A stretch of 64,000 bases of DNA, from NCBI RefSeq assembly GCF_009914755.1, contig NC_060925.1; one strand, 5' to 3'. The DNA comes from the human T2T-CHM13v2.0 reference genome, Homo sapiens. Below the pieces are notes generated by a model. It had not been told where the DNA came from, ran no database searches, and was given only the letters and a program-made list of their open reading frames with translations. This document shows, one piece after another, positions 14,070 through 27,703 of this stretch (its first letter is position 1; each line of letters starts with the position of its first letter). The position numbers and the translations under genes were made by a program.

Positions 14070-14157
14070 ACCTCTAACAAAAACAAATTTAAAATAATAG
14101 GAGAAAATGGATGATATGTATTATCCAATTTTAAAATTTACTACAAAACAGAGATGA

Positions 14158-14363
14158 TCAAGGTTGATGCCAAATACATTTAGGGCCAAATGTTTCTTTG
14201 TTGTTTGGGGCTGTCCTGTGCAATTTGAGGTGATTTGCAGCATCCCTGGCTTCTACCCACCAGATGACAGTAACCGCTTTCCCAGTTGTGACAACCAAGG
14301 GTGCCTCTAGACATTGTTAAATGACCCCTCAGGAGCAAATTTACTCCCAGGTGAGAGTCAATA
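14158..14363. mobile_element. MER20 (hAT-Charlie)
   Basis: ggggctgtcctgtgca...gcagcatccctggcttctacccaccagatgacagta...cccagttgtgacaacca...agacattgttaaatg. Confidence 0.85.
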
Positions 14364-14534
14364 CCATTAGTCTACAATAAGAAGGACAAGTTGTATTGTG
14401 CTAATGATAGACATATAGACTAAAGGAACACTTTCAATGAATCACTCTTCAATGGTCAGTTGATTTTTAACAACAGTGCTTAAGTGATTCAATGGATTAA
14501 ATGGTAATTTTTTTTGTTTTTTAAGTTGCAGAAA

Positions 14535-14826
14535 CTATTGGATGTTCTTATAGGAAAGAATGTTACTCCTTAATTCAAACCATGCACAAAAGTTAACTGA
14601 AATTAATCATTAATTATAAACTTAAATGTAAGAATACATGTGAAACCATTAGAATTCTGTAACAAAAGAGAGTCAGAAATCTATTGGATGTTCTTATAGG
14701 AAATAATGTTACCCCTTAATTCAAACCATGCACAAAAGTTAACTGAAATTAATCATTAATTATAAACTTAAATGTAAGAATACATGTGAAACCATTAGAA
14801 TTCTGTAACAAAAGAGAGTCAAAAAT
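14535..14826. repeat. 146-bp tandem duplication (2 copies)
   Basis: 14535-14680 vs 14681-14826 differ at 3 positions by manual comparison. Confidence 0.95.
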
Positions 14827-16479
14827 CTTTGTGGCCATATAGCAGGCAAAAATTTCTTACATAAGAAAAACAAAAGCATGAGCCATAAAGGAAAAACAAT
14901 GATAAGACATTGTCAATATTTAAACATCTTGTTGTTTGAAAGAAGCTGTTATGAAAATGAAAAAGTGAAATACAGCACATAAGAAAATTGTGCAAATATA
15001 TATCTGACCAAGTGCTTCATTACAGAATTTATAGTTAAGTCAATAAAAGATGAGTTACTCAATAAAAATGGCAAAGTTTGTTTGACAGTTTTAGAAATTT
15101 AATTGGCAATAAACACGTGAAATGATTCTCACAAAGAATAGTCACCAGGAAATTAAAAATTAATACATATTCAGACATCACTGCATACCTATTAAAAGAT
15201 CAAAAATATAAATTGATAATAAGGATAGGGAGCAATTGGAACTCTTCTGTCTTTCTTGTGGGAATACAAAATCATGCAGCTACATGTGAAAACAGCTTGA
15301 CATTTTCTTATGAATAAAACATACACTTATCATATAACCTAGTTATTATACTCCCAGGTATTTATCAATGAAAGGTTAAGACATATGTCTACAAAATGAC
15401 TTGTATGGAAATAAACATAGCTTCATTAATCATAATAGTCAAATGTGTGAAATAAAGCAAATGTTTATCATCAGTTAAATACAGAAACTAAATGAAGTAT
15501 ATTACAGGAATCATACTCAGTTACATAAAAGAACAAGCTGCTGACACTCAAAAGAGCATGTTTGGCTCTCCAAAATATCATGCTAAATGAATGAAGTGAA
15601 ACACAAAGACTATATACTATATGATTCAATTTACATAAAATTCAAGATAAGGCAATAGTATAATGACAGAAAGCAGAACAATGACTTGCCTAAGAGCAGG
15701 AGTAGGACAAGGGTATTAAAAGCAAAAGTGCAGAAGGAAAGTTTTCTTGGAGTGATGTAAATGTTCATGTGTTGCAGTGGTTTTATGAATGGATACATTT
15801 ATCAAAACTCATCAAACTATACATTTTAAATGCATGATAATATTAGATGTAAGTCATAGATCAATAAGACTAAGATTAATTAAATTACATAATTTGAAGA
15901 AAAGACATAATTTAAATGTTAATGATATAAACATATTTATGTGAAAATTAATATAAGCAACAAAAATAAAATTAATTGAATTCTGCAAGTAGTAAAACAC
16001 TAAATTAACTTACAAAATTACTAGTGTTCTTCTACAATGAAATAATAAACTTAAATACTTTTAAAGTATGAAGCAAACAAAATGTTGAAAATGAAACAAC
16101 AAACTTTTGTGGCCTTAGACTAGTAAAACTATTCTCAAACTGACACAAAGATATGTAAAAACAAAGGTGAAGAATTGATGGATTTAACAACAGAATTAAA
16201 TATTTTGAATCAAAATATTTTATAATATAAATAAATGATAAGATTGGAGATAGACTATATAATAATCTGTACTATCTAACATTGCTAAACAATTAATAGA
16301 TTATACAAGAAAATTTTGCAAATCAATGAGAAAAATGGAAAAAATTAAATATGCAAATGATTCACAGAATCTGAGAACTGAATGGCTAATAGGTACAAAT
16401 ATGTATAAACTTATATCTCTATATATAATCTCTATATATCTGGGCCACACTATCACCATCTCTGCATTATAAGTTACAT

Positions 16480-17260
16480 TAAGAACTATAGACTTTATTC
16501 TAAAATATTGAAAATATTGAGTGGTGTTTTAAGCACATTTAAATGCAATATACACATGAAAACTACGCTTTGGCTACATTCTATATTATAGCGAGGAGGA
16601 CAGAAAAATTTCTAGTCAGAAAACCAGTTGGAAGTATTCTGTAACAATCAACAGGAGAACTGGAATTGGTAATGGAGATGAAGAAAAGTTTATGAATACA
16701 AAAGATATTTAACAAATAATGTCAACAGAGCAAGGTAATTTATTAGATTTGGAATTATAGAAGCAAGCAAAGGATGAGTCCAAGTTTTCTGGCTTGTGAA
16801 ATTTCTCAGATAATGCTGTCAGAAGAAAAATACATAAAGAAATGACAGAGGATAGAGAAAGATTATCTCATTTATGGACTTAACTGAGCAGAGATCCAAA
16901 TATAGACGTAAAGTAGGGAGGGATATATATATATATATATCCCTCCCTACTTTACATATACATATATATATATCTATATATATCCCTACTTTACATATAT
17001 ATATCCATACTTTACATATATATGTATGTGTGTATATATATGTGTATATATATATACTCTTTAGCACCATAAATATATGAGCCTACAACAGAGACTAGAA
17101 AGGTATGGTAAAAGAGAAAGGACAACCAGGAGAAAGATATTTTATGAAAGCCAAGGAGAAAGAAATGCTTAGAAAGAGTATTCAACATTTTCAAAAATGG
17201 CTAAAAGGCAATGAAACATAATAACTGATGAATAATGTTTTAGTTTAGTGATTTTTGGTT
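16480..17260 (-). mobile_element. L2 fragment, antisense, hosting a TA-rich palindrome and microsatellite
   Basis: tagactttattctaaaa..., ggtaatggagatgaagaaaagt, aggatgagtccaagttttctggcttg. Confidence 0.6.
16908..17055. repeat. Perfect 48-bp palindrome followed by (TA)-rich repeats containing copies of its arm
   Basis: gtaaagtagggaggg-(AT)9-ccctccctactttac, then ccctactttac and ccatactttac copies. Confidence 0.95.
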
Positions 17261-17304
17261 AAGCGATGAAGCTGAAAGTATGAATACAACAGGTAGAACA
17301 TATA

Positions 17305-17449
17305 AAGGGCTAATATTTATTGAGCGTTTATATAGATGCCAGGTATTTTCCTGAATTTTAATTAGAGTATTTTTCACTATAAGCATATGAGGTTGCTGTT
17401 ATTATTTGTTCCGCATTTTATAGATGAGTAAACGCAGGCATCTTGAAGT
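17305..17449 (-). mobile_element. MIR fragment
   Basis: gctaatatttattgagcgttta...cattttatagatgagtaaacgcaggc. Confidence 0.7.
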
Positions 17450-17451
17450 AC

Positions 17452-18352
<901 letters not shown>

Positions 18353-18705
18353 TACAATAATGAAAAGATCTCAATCCACAACTATTCATGATGAAAATAA
18401 CAGTTAAGTTGTTTTGAGCAAATTATAACAGTGAATAATATCATATAGAAACAAATATAAAGCAAAGTTACAGGAAAAAATGAAAAATAAAAATGTATAA
18501 ACACTGCTGTAGCATTGACACTGAGTCATATTTGGTAATACATTAATTAGGAAAATTTAAAAATATATATAATATAGTTTTGGGATCGTGTATTTGTTTG
18601 CTTATGCAGTTGCCTAACAACAAGCAACAGATGCCTAAGTGGGCTCTTCTTCAATGAAGCTGTATGTCTTCCCCCGGGGGAAAAGGAAAGCAAACTTACT
18701 TTCTT

Positions 18706-18984
18706 TTTTTTTTTTTTGAGGCGGAGTCTAGTTCTGTCGCCCAGGCTAGAGTGCAGTGGTGCAATCTCGGCTCACTGCAAGCTCTGCCTCCCGGGTTCAT
18801 GCCATTCTTCTGCCTCAGCCTCCTGAGTAGCTGGGACTACAGGCGCCTGTCACTATGTCCGGCTAATTTTTTTTGTATTTTTAGTAGAGACGGGGTTTCA
18901 CCGTGTTAGCCAGTAGCCAGGATGGTCTCTATCTCCTGACCTCGTGATCCTCCCGCCTCAGCCTCCCAAAGTGCGGGGATTACA
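18706..18984 (-). mobile_element. AluY, slightly 5'-truncated
   Basis: Antisense Y diagnostics (ctgcaagctctgcctcccgggttcatgccattc, tttcaccgtgttagcc). TSD caaacttactttctt (18691-18705 / 18983-18997). Confidence 0.95.
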
Positions 18985-19344
18985 AACTTACTTTCTTGAT
19001 GAGACTTGGTATGGGTATTGCAAATGACCAAAACTACTTTTATTTTACCATATTAAAGTCTTTTATAAAGAAAGTGATTTATTTTTACCTTCACAAAAGT
19101 AAATCCTGCAAAACAAACCTCCACATTTCCCTGCTGTCAACCTCAATGACCATAGTACATAAAGTAAATAAAGGGCAGTGAAAGATGTATAATGAGAATT
19201 CTTGGACTTCTGCAAAATATTCTGAGAATATTCGTACTCAGAGGTCTCCATCCAAAATGCTCATCTCCATTGTGTTATTGCTTGATTTTCTCTGTAGGAA
19301 GATGATGGGATGTGCCTATGTGTATATCTATGATCATACCACTC

Positions 19345-19825
19345 AAAGGTGCCATAGCAGGGGTGGGACAGTGAGAGTAGTCTGCACCAGGTGGAGGCAA
19401 TATGAGTAATGAGGCATTCTCTATAGAATCTTTTAAAATAATAATGACATTGGTCAAACAGGCCAGCTACACACATTTGTTTCAAGTGTTAAGTTTGTGG
19501 CGGTTCAGAATAGATCAGAATCATTTTGCATGTCTTTCTTGTCTATGATGCCCATTTAGCTACGTATTCTTTTGTTTAACAATAGATTCTACATAAACCA
19601 TGCACCTAGTGATTGTAAACAGGTAGGACCAAAATTTGAGTTACTTCTATTATCACATCATGTGAAAAGTATTATCTGAACTTGACAGAAGAATTATTTT
19701 TGAAGCATTTCCTCTGATATATTTCCCCCCTTTTTAAAAAAATGCATTAATGCAAAAGATATTTCTGATAAAGGGCTGTTACTGAAACTTTACAAGTAAC
19801 TTAGCACTCAAAAACAAGGCAATAT
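19345..19825 (+). mobile_element. Arthur1-like (hAT-Tip100) DNA transposon 5' part, probably resuming at ~21330-21585
   Basis: gtgccatagcaggggtgggacagtgagagtagtctgcaccaggtggaggcaat...tatagaatcttttaaaataataat resembles the recalled Arthur1 terminus. Confidence 0.55.
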
Positions 19826-19829
19826 CATG

Positions 19830-20294
19830 ACACTATTCACATTAGGAAAGCCATGAAATCAACCTTAGCGTCTATCAGCATTTTGCTGAATAAAGAAAAC
19901 GTGGTATACATACACCATGGAATACTATATGGTATATATACATCACGGAATACCATCAAAGATAATAAAATCGTATCCTTTGTAGCAACATGAATAAAGC
20001 TGAAAGCCATTATCCTAAGTGAAATAACTCAGATACAGAAAAGCAAATACCACATTTTCTCTCAGAAGTGGGAGCTAAATAATGTGTGCGCATGGATATA
20101 AAAATGAAAATAATAGACACTGAGGGCTCCAAAAGGGGAGAGATTGAAAGGGAAGTGAGAGCTGAAAGATTGCCTGTTGGGTACAGTGTTCGCTCTTTGG
20201 CTGCTGGGTGCACTAGTAGCACAATTCCCACCTTTATGCAATATAATCATGCAACAAATCTGCACATATACCCTTTGAATATAAATTTAAAAAA
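19830..20294 (+). mobile_element. L1 3' end (L1PB3/4-L1PA16-like)
   Basis: ccattatcctaagtgaaataactcag...aagtgggagctaaataatg...atagacactgagggctccaaaagggg...aatctgcacatataccc. Confidence 0.85.
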
Positions 20295-20299
20295 TTGAG

Positions 20300-21310
20300 C
20301 AACCAATTGAAAATGGACAAAGAGAAGAACCTACACCTCACCAAAGAAAATGTGCAGTTGACATATAAGCATATTAAAAGATGTTCCAGATCATATGTCA
20401 TTAAGGAAATGCATAATAAGTAACCATGTGTTATCACTACATACCTAAAAGAATGACCAAAATCTAGAACACTGACAACACTAAATACTGGCAAGGATGT
20501 GAAGAAATAGGACTCTCATTGACTGTTAATGGGAATACAAAATGGTACAACTACTTTGAAAGACAGTTTGCCAGTTTCTTATAAAAGTAAACATTCTCTT
20601 ACCAAACAATCCAGCATATTATGTTCCTTGGTATTTACCCAAATTAATGGAAAATTAAGTTCACACAAAAACTAGCCCACAGATGTTTACTGCAGTTTTA
20701 TTCATAATTGCCAAAACTTAGAAGCAACCAAAAGTCCTTCAGTAGGTGAATCGGTAATTAAACTGTGAATATCCAAGCAGTTGAATATTGGTCAGCACTA
20801 AAAAGAAATGGACTATCAAGCCTTGAAAATACATGGAGAAAACTTAAAATGCACATTAATAAGTAAAATAAACCAACTGGAAAGGGCTACATACTGTATG
20901 ATTGAAACTACATGACATTCTGAAAAAGACAAATCTGCAGAGACAGTAAAACGATTAGTGATTGCCAGGCATTAAGAGGAGGGAAAGATGGATAGACAGA
21001 GGACAGAAATGTTTAAGGCAGGGAAACTATTCTGTACGATATTATAATGGTGGACATATGTCATTATACATTTGTTAAACTCAATGAAAGTACAACACCC
21101 AGAATGAATCATAATGTAAACCACAAACTTAGGTTGATAATGACTCATCAATGTAGGTTCGCTAGTTGTAACAAGTGTGGGAGGTGTTGGTAATGGAGGA
21201 TGCTATGGATATGTGGAGTCGGGAAGAATAAGGTATGTAAAAGTAGTGTCCCTCAAGTTTGCTATGAAGCTAAAATTCTTTCCCCCACAATAAAGTTGAT
21301 TTAAAAGAAA
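20300..21310 (+). mobile_element. L1MC1/2-type 3' end
   Basis: atctagaacactgacaacactaaatactggcaaggatgt, aagggctacatactgtatgatt, gtacaacacccagaatgaatcataatgtaaacc. Confidence 0.85.
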
Positions 21311-23340
21311 ATATATTAATGTAATTAAAAAGTACTAATTTATTTCTTTTGTCCTTTTTCACAATAGTATATTTTAGTGGCTTATACAGATTTCAATAAA
21401 GGAAAGTTTTCACTAAGTATCTTTTGTATTCATTATTAATATTTTAAAATTATTTTGAATAATTGTATTCAATAATAATTTTAATAATGCATGAATAATT
21501 TAAAAATAATCTTGCAGTGTAGAGAAGAACATATTAAAATATGATCTGTTCCAGTCATTCAATTTTATATCAAATATCTAGCTATTAATAATTTGTCCCA
21601 AGCCTTCCTTCTGAAGATTGTCTTTCTCTTGGAAAGCTAACTCTTTGCCTTGGATCAAATGAATGCACCTGAAATTTCTGTCAGTTTAAGATAATTTTAT
21701 TTTTCTGCTCCCACCAGCCCACCAGAAATATCTATACTACTTTGAAGAAATTTTAGAGGTTGTGTCTGAAATTTATTTTCAGAAATGGTTTCGGAACAAC
21801 AATCTGGTGAATTTACACATAATGACATTTTTCTCTTAGATTTTCAGGTTTTCAGAGGCACTTGAAGGGGTTGTTGCAGACTGTAAGTATATAGGTGTTC
21901 CCGGAGCTGTTCCTTGGCATCTAAGTTTGGGTTCTTTATGTCAAAGTTCCCAAATACTTATTTTATGGCTTTCTTGCTATGACTGAAAGCAGGAATGTAT
22001 GAAAATACTTTAGCTTATTGCACAGGGTAGTATTAGAGTAAGAGCATTTATTTTTTAAAAGGAGACTTTCAATCCCAATTATTTGTGTAATCTGATTATA
22101 AAATCGAATAATACCATAAGGTTTTAAGACAACCGTGTTTTATTCTAAATTCTTGGCCTAAAATATGTAGTGTCCCCCATCTACAGAGCTGTTTAGATGC
22201 AGTGAATCAATATCAAGATGCATCATCCATTTGTTAATGAATTTGAAGACGGAATAAGAAAAGAAACAAATTTAAATAAGTTTTACTTGACTTCATACTC
22301 TTTATATTTTAAACGTACACTTTTTAAATGGTCGTTTTTGCTTTATTGTTTTTTGTTGATTTGGTGTTTATTTCTGCTAGTAAATGTCTATGAGAATTTT
22401 ATAGACATTTTATTTATTCACAGAAAGTTCAGTATTAACATCAAGTGTTTGTTACAGTAAGTTTAAGAATAAGAAGCTCTAGTTGCAAGACATTTTCAAT
22501 CTTTTCTTTCTTAGCTATGATTTATAAATATAATTCCAACTACTATTTGTGGTATGCATTTACTTTTCTCCCTAATTGCCATTCTGATTCAATAGTAAAA
22601 TTTCTAAAAGTATTTTAAATGATTCTATAAATAACTATATTTACAAATCAATAAAGATAGGTATTCAAAATACGGAAAACATTTGCAAATATGCTTTTCT
22701 AAATATGTCACTAGCTCCCAGGAAGAAGACAGAATTATGGATTATATTTGCTACTAAAATAGTCAATTATTTGTTTGTTTTTGTTACTGTTAAATACGAT
22801 TAGATGTCCCCCTAAGGTTCATAATGGTTTTCTAACCACAGGGACTATAATTTTGTAAACTATTCAGCAGGAGATATTAATTACTATGTTTATTAAACAG
22901 AGAAGAGTGGTATTCTTTCCTACTGGTGTTGTGTTTGCATCTCAACTCAGTATTTAACAGCACTGTTATGTGAGTACATAACATTCTTTATGATTAATTA
23001 TAGCTCATTATCTTCCACTCAAAGTAAAAACATAATTTTCTTAGACTTTATTTGTCATTATGTTTATTTATATGGTTTGCATGTGTTTAAGATTAACTAT
23101 TACAAAATAGTTGAAATGGCAGGACCTTTGAAAAACAAAAATAAATGAAAACCTTAGAAAAATAAGTTATGGAAGGCAAGATGGTTATATTCTGGAAATA
23201 TCCATAGTAATTTATCTTTGAAAGATTATGTTTTGTAAGTTGGGATGGCTACAAAATTACATATTAACACATATAACTTAGAATTATTTAATAGATTCTG
23301 ACTTTCATTTAAAGATGCACTACTTGCCCATTAACAGTGA

Positions 23341-23743
<403 letters not shown>

Positions 23744-23999
23744 GGCCATATATTTCTTTGTTTGCTTTTTAACTAACATTGATCTACATTTTATAAGCAA
23801 AACAATTTGGAGAAAGTGAATATACTCTGCATGGATCATACTACTCAGTGAGCTTATTTGGTATGGTACAATTTAAAAATATTTAAGTGGGTCTTAGTTA
23901 TTGCATCTGATTCTACAACTGAAATTTAATTGAAAACTTATGAGATCTTTTGAACATTTTTAGTTTAACCCTTTTAATTGTTTTTTCAAAAATGATGAT

Positions 24000-24289
24000 T
24001 TTTTTCTTTTTTCTTTTTTTTTTTGTCATCCAGGCTGGAGTGCAGTGACGTGATCTATGATCATTGCAACCTCCGCCTCCTGAGTTCAAGTGATTCTCCT
24101 GCCTCATCCTCCTGAGTTGCTGGGACTACAGGCATGCGCCACCACGCCCGGCTAATTTTTGTATTTGTAGTAGAGATGAGGTTTCACCATGTTGGCCAGG
24201 CTGGTCTCAAACTCCTGACGTCAGGTGATCTGCCTGCCTTGGCCTCCCAAAAGTGCTGGGATTACAAGTGTGAGTTACCACACCTGGCC
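24000..24289 (-). mobile_element. AluS (Sx/Sz-like)
   Basis: Antisense dimer with caccatgttggccaggctggtctcaaactcctgacgtcaggtgatc. TSD aaaaatgatga on both sides. Confidence 0.9.
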
Positions 24290-24946
24290 AAAAAATGATG
24301 AATTTCACCAAGTACCTTTTTAATTATCACCTACAACTATAACCTCAAGGTCTAAGACCATATAGAATATATACCAACACAGTGAAATTTATTTGAAAGA
24401 GATGAATTAGTATGGAATCATATATCTTTGTTGAATTGGCGAACTTATGTTTGAGTCTTTCAAACTACAAAAGTTTAGATACTAATCCCTATTCAATACC
24501 TTATAGGTCAAGGAACAGGTTTTCTGTTATACTTACTCTGAGACTGTATTGAATTGAAATTTGATCCCAAATATTCTGTGCATATGGTCATGCAAGTATA
24601 TTATTTTTAAGAACATGTTGGATAAAGAAATACCCACTATTGATTAAATTAGCCATACTCGAGATGAGGCTTGGTTTTGCATATATCAAGGAAAAAAAGG
24701 AAATTGGTATAATATTTCAACAAGAAATCAAGAATTTCCATCTCTTAATTAGTTTCTTCTATTTCCAAAGCAAATTTAAAATTTTTATAATCTAGATATT
24801 CTTGTTGGAATTATTGGCATTTTATTATAGTTATTTTGTCAATACTTAGAAACACACAGCTACTTATAATATTCTTACAATATAGAAGAAAATATGTTAT
24901 CAAAATTGCCAATTATAATTTTTAATTATTTATTCATACATTTTCT

Positions 24947-26549
24947 TTTTTGTTGTTGTTGTTTTACAGGCAGCCTAAATGGATTTATTATGTATAAAAA
25001 TCCTCATCTCACATTATCTAAGAAAAAAATTGATGTTTGGTAAGAAAAATTAATTCACAATAATAACATGAGCCCTTACACTTATCAGAAAAACCCAGGT
25101 ATTTACAAAGTGTAGATAAAAATCTGTTTTTTTAATTTTTACTGTTTTTTTTTTTAATTTTATTATTATTATACTTTAAGTTTTAGGGTACATGTGCACA
25201 ATGTGCAGGTTTGTTACATATGTATACATGTGCCATGTTGGTGTGCTGCACCCATTAACTCGTCATTCAGCATTAGGTATATCTCCTAATGCTATCCCTC
25301 CCCTCTTCTCCCACCCCACAACAGGCCCTGGTGTGTGATGTTCCCCTTCCTGTGACCATGTGTTCTCATTGTTCAATTCCCACCTATGAGTGAGAACATG
25401 TGGTGTCTGGTTTTTTGTCCTTGCGATAGTTTGCTGAGAATTATGGTTTCCAGCTTCATCCACGTCCCTGCAAAGGACATGAACTCATCATTTTTTGTGG
25501 CTGCATAGTATTCCATGGTGTATATGTGCCACATTTTCTTAATCCAGTCTATCGTTGTTGGACATTTGAGTTGGTTCCAAGTCTTTGCTATTGTGAATAG
25601 TGCCCCAATAAACATATGTGTGCATGTGTCTTTATAGCAACATGATTTATAATCCTTTGGGTATATACACAGTAATGGGATGGCTGGGTCAAATGGTATT
25701 TCTAGTTCTAGATCCCTGAGGAATCTCCACACTGACTTCCACAATGGTTGAACTAGTTTACAGTCCCACCAACAGTGTAAAAGTGTTTCTATTTCTCCAC
25801 ATCCTCTCCAGCACCTGTTGTTTCCTGACTTTTTAATGATCACCATTCTAACTGGTGTGAGATGTTATCTCATTGTGGTTTTGATTTGCATTTCTCTGAT
25901 GGCCAGTGATGATGAGCGTTTTTTCATGTGGTTTTTGGCTGCATAAATGTCTTCTTTTGAGAAGTGTCTGTTCATATCCTTCGTCCACTTTTTGATGGGG
26001 TTGTTTTTTTTCTTGTAAATTTGTTTGAGTTCATTGTAGATTCTGGATACTAGCCCTTTGTCAGATGAGTAGGTTGCAAAAATTTTCTCCCATTTTGTAG
26101 TTTGCCTGTTCACTCTGATGGTAGTTTCTTTTGCTGTGCAGAAGCTCTTTAGTTTAATTAGATCCAATTTGTCAATTTTGGCTTTTGTTGCCATTGCTTT
26201 TGGTGTTTTAGTCATGAAGTCCTTGCCCATGCCTATGTCCTGAATGGCATTGCCTAGGTTTTCTTCTAAGGTTTTTATGGTTTTAGGTGTAACATGTAAG
26301 ACTTTAATCCATCTTGAATTAATTTTTGTATAAGGTGTAAGGAAGGGATCCAGTTTCAGCTTTCTACATATGGCTAGCCAGTTTTCCCAGCACCATTTAT
26401 TAAATAGGGAATCCTTTCCCCATTTCTTGTTTTTGTCAGGTTTGTCAAAGATCAGATGGTTGTAGATATGCGGCATTATTTCTGAGGGCAAAACAGCATG
26501 GTACTGGTACCAAAACAGAGATATAGATCAATGGAACAGAACAGAGCCG
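24947..26549 (-). mobile_element. L1PA3/4-type 5'-truncated LINE-1 with 5' inversion and 3' transduction
   Basis: Well-preserved ORF2 C-terminal peptides (25373-25846, 25865-26491) and L1PA 3'UTR. Inverted segment 26489-26548. Extra sequence 24966-~25126 and a second T-rich tail 24947-24965. 17-bp TSD ttattcatacattttct at 24930-24946 and 26550-26566. Confidence 0.95.
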
Positions 26550-27437
26550 TTATTCATACATTTTCTAATGGCACACATATGGATCTACTTCTATGAAAAT
26601 GATTTAGAAATTCATATCAGATTTTTCAGATTCTTCTATTTTCATGATAAAAATTAAGTTCTTTAGAAATAATTGTTCTAATACTTAGCATTTATTAATT
26701 ATAATAATAAAATACTCAAATTACATTAATGTTTGGAATCCAATGTCAGCCAAACACTAATTCACCAGCAAGTTTTTAAAAAAATAATTTCATACAAGTG
26801 TCAGTGTTCAGTCATTATATAGGTAAAACCTTTACAGCTCAGGTCCTCTGTCAGTGTCCATCAGGTTTTTGACTAACTGCAAAACTTTCTGAAGACTAAG
26901 TACTTATTTCTGCTTTCAAATGTTTGGGAAAGTATATTGAATTTTACATGTATTTGAATAAGATTTCATGCAGATTTGATGACACCGAGAAGGTTTTGGA
27001 GTTCTTCATCTTTTCACTAAAAAGCACTATAAATAAATCCAGGTATACCGCTGACAATATGTGTGCAAAGTGTTTCCCTACTTAAAATTGCTGAACCCAT
27101 ATCAAGTTTTTAAGATGGCCACACATTATCAAATAAACTCTGATATTCCACGTCATGCAAGTTATTCATAATCATCTCAACATCTATGAAACCCCAGAAT
27201 ATCTCATAAAATAAGATGGCTGCTAATGTTTTCTGCAAATATCTTGAAAAATTGAATCAACAAATGTTGTCTATCATTTTAAGGAATTGTGCATAAATTT
27301 ATACAATTGTATGAGTAAGTTTTGAAATCAAAAACAAAATATAGCTTCTCCTCTATTTTCCACAAATATGAATTATCAAAATTTCAAAATATTGCCTTTC
27401 ATTCATATTTTTTTACTAGTGGTAGACTGTTTAAAGT

Positions 27438-27560
27438 ATTCACTCATTCAGCATAGAGATTTGGAACACCTACTATGTGCAGGCAGGCAGATCATTAGGG
27501 ATATAGCTGTAGTAGGAAAGAAAATCTAGACAAGAAAACTTTCTTCCTTCCGCTACAGTG
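27438..27560 (-). mobile_element. L2 3' end fragment
   Basis: attcactcattcagca...aacacctactatgtgcaggca. Confidence 0.55.
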
Positions 27561-27703
27561 GCTAACAATTATATAATTAATAAATTAAATATATAGCCAT
27601 GGTCTTCACATCTGAGCACATATGTTTATAGTTTGATCTAAACATCTGATCATAATTATAAATACAAAGGACATAGTTTTGCTTATTATAAACATAAATA
27701 TTT

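Larger units (their letters stand above)
13640..15875 (+). mobile_element. Ancient L1M (L1ME/L1MD-type) ORF2 3' part and 3'UTR, interrupted by MER58-like and MER20 elements
   Basis: Degenerate ORF2 motifs (gttctcccctaaattgattta, aaatctcagcaggcttttt, ggagcaattggaactc) and an old 3'UTR (atacatttatcaaaactcatcaaactatacattttaaatg). Confidence 0.75.

Noticed and set aside
18669-18682. 14-bp palindrome ttcccccgggggaa
   Set aside because: Short, low complexity and without supporting context.
24970-25038. Apparent plus-strand exon (ttttacag...gtttg|gtaaga)
   Set aside because: The pyrimidine tract is the antisense poly(A) tail of the L1 transduction. There is no evidence of use, although exonisation cannot be excluded.
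25373-26491. 157-aa and 208-aa ORFs as host CDS
   Set aside because: L1 ORF2 C-terminus of a 5'-truncated element, with no promoter and no EN or RT domain.
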